This document shows, one piece after another, positions 39,682-39,733 of a stretch of DNA of 39,733 nt. This DNA is from a virus. Both the position numbers and the translations under genes were made by a program. Where the stretch lies: IMG/VR virus record IMGVR_UViG_3300031084_000003, positions 1 to 39,733 of that record; one strand, given 5' to 3'. Position 1 is the stretch's first letter; every line of letters starts with the position of its first letter. A model generated the notes under the pieces. The model was not told the origin of the DNA. It saw nothing but the letters and a program-made list of their open reading frames with translations, and did no database searches.

Positions 39682-39733
39682 TGGCCCTCGCCCGTTTCAG
39701 AGAAGTGGCTGACCGTGTGGACGCATTGCTGGT
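39607..39733. repeat. Terminal direct repeat, copy 2 (identical to 1..127)
   Basis: Read directly. Confidence 0.95.

Overview
The window is one complete temperate phage genome. Bases 1..127 are identical to 39607..39733, so it is a circular or circularly permuted assembly of 39,606 unique bp. GC content is high, and I infer a pseudomonad-like host from composition and protein types only.

Modules, recognised by eye from the ORF translations (no searches were possible):
- Lambda/Gifsy-type packaging and head genes: Nu1-like TerS, gpA-like TerL, gpW, a lambda-type portal, a ClpP-type protease fused to the major capsid protein, a small DUF2190-like head protein, and an FII-like joining protein.
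- A P2-type contractile tail: V W J I H G, then FI FII E/E' T U X D.
- A GH19 endolysin with nested Rz/Rz1, placed far from a lambda-S-like holin.
- Lambdoid immunity and late control: an S24 CI repressor, Cro, and a Q antiterminator with a PR'-tR'-like unit.
- A P4-type tyrosine integrase.
- A plasmid-like maintenance block: an IncFII-RepA-like initiator with an ORF-free ori-like region, and a ParF/ParG-like ATPase plus ribbon-helix-helix pair.

No tRNA, rRNA, CRISPR array or transposase was seen.

The features most worth follow-up:
1. Twenty-four 8-bp-phased ACGAA boxes in six arrays. They bracket the par promoter and punctuate three small genes 6 kb away.
2. Thirteen copies of the palindrome CGTTAC-N1-2-GTAACG spread around the genome, in different reading frames and in gene leaders.
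3. Two paralogous leader modules whose flanking inverted repeats differ in sequence but stay complementary.
4. A tail-chaperone E' extension lying in the +1 frame rather than the usual -1 frame.
5. Three cargo genes (morons) inserted in the tail operon.

All functional calls are by-eye motif recognition and need HMM or structure searches to confirm.
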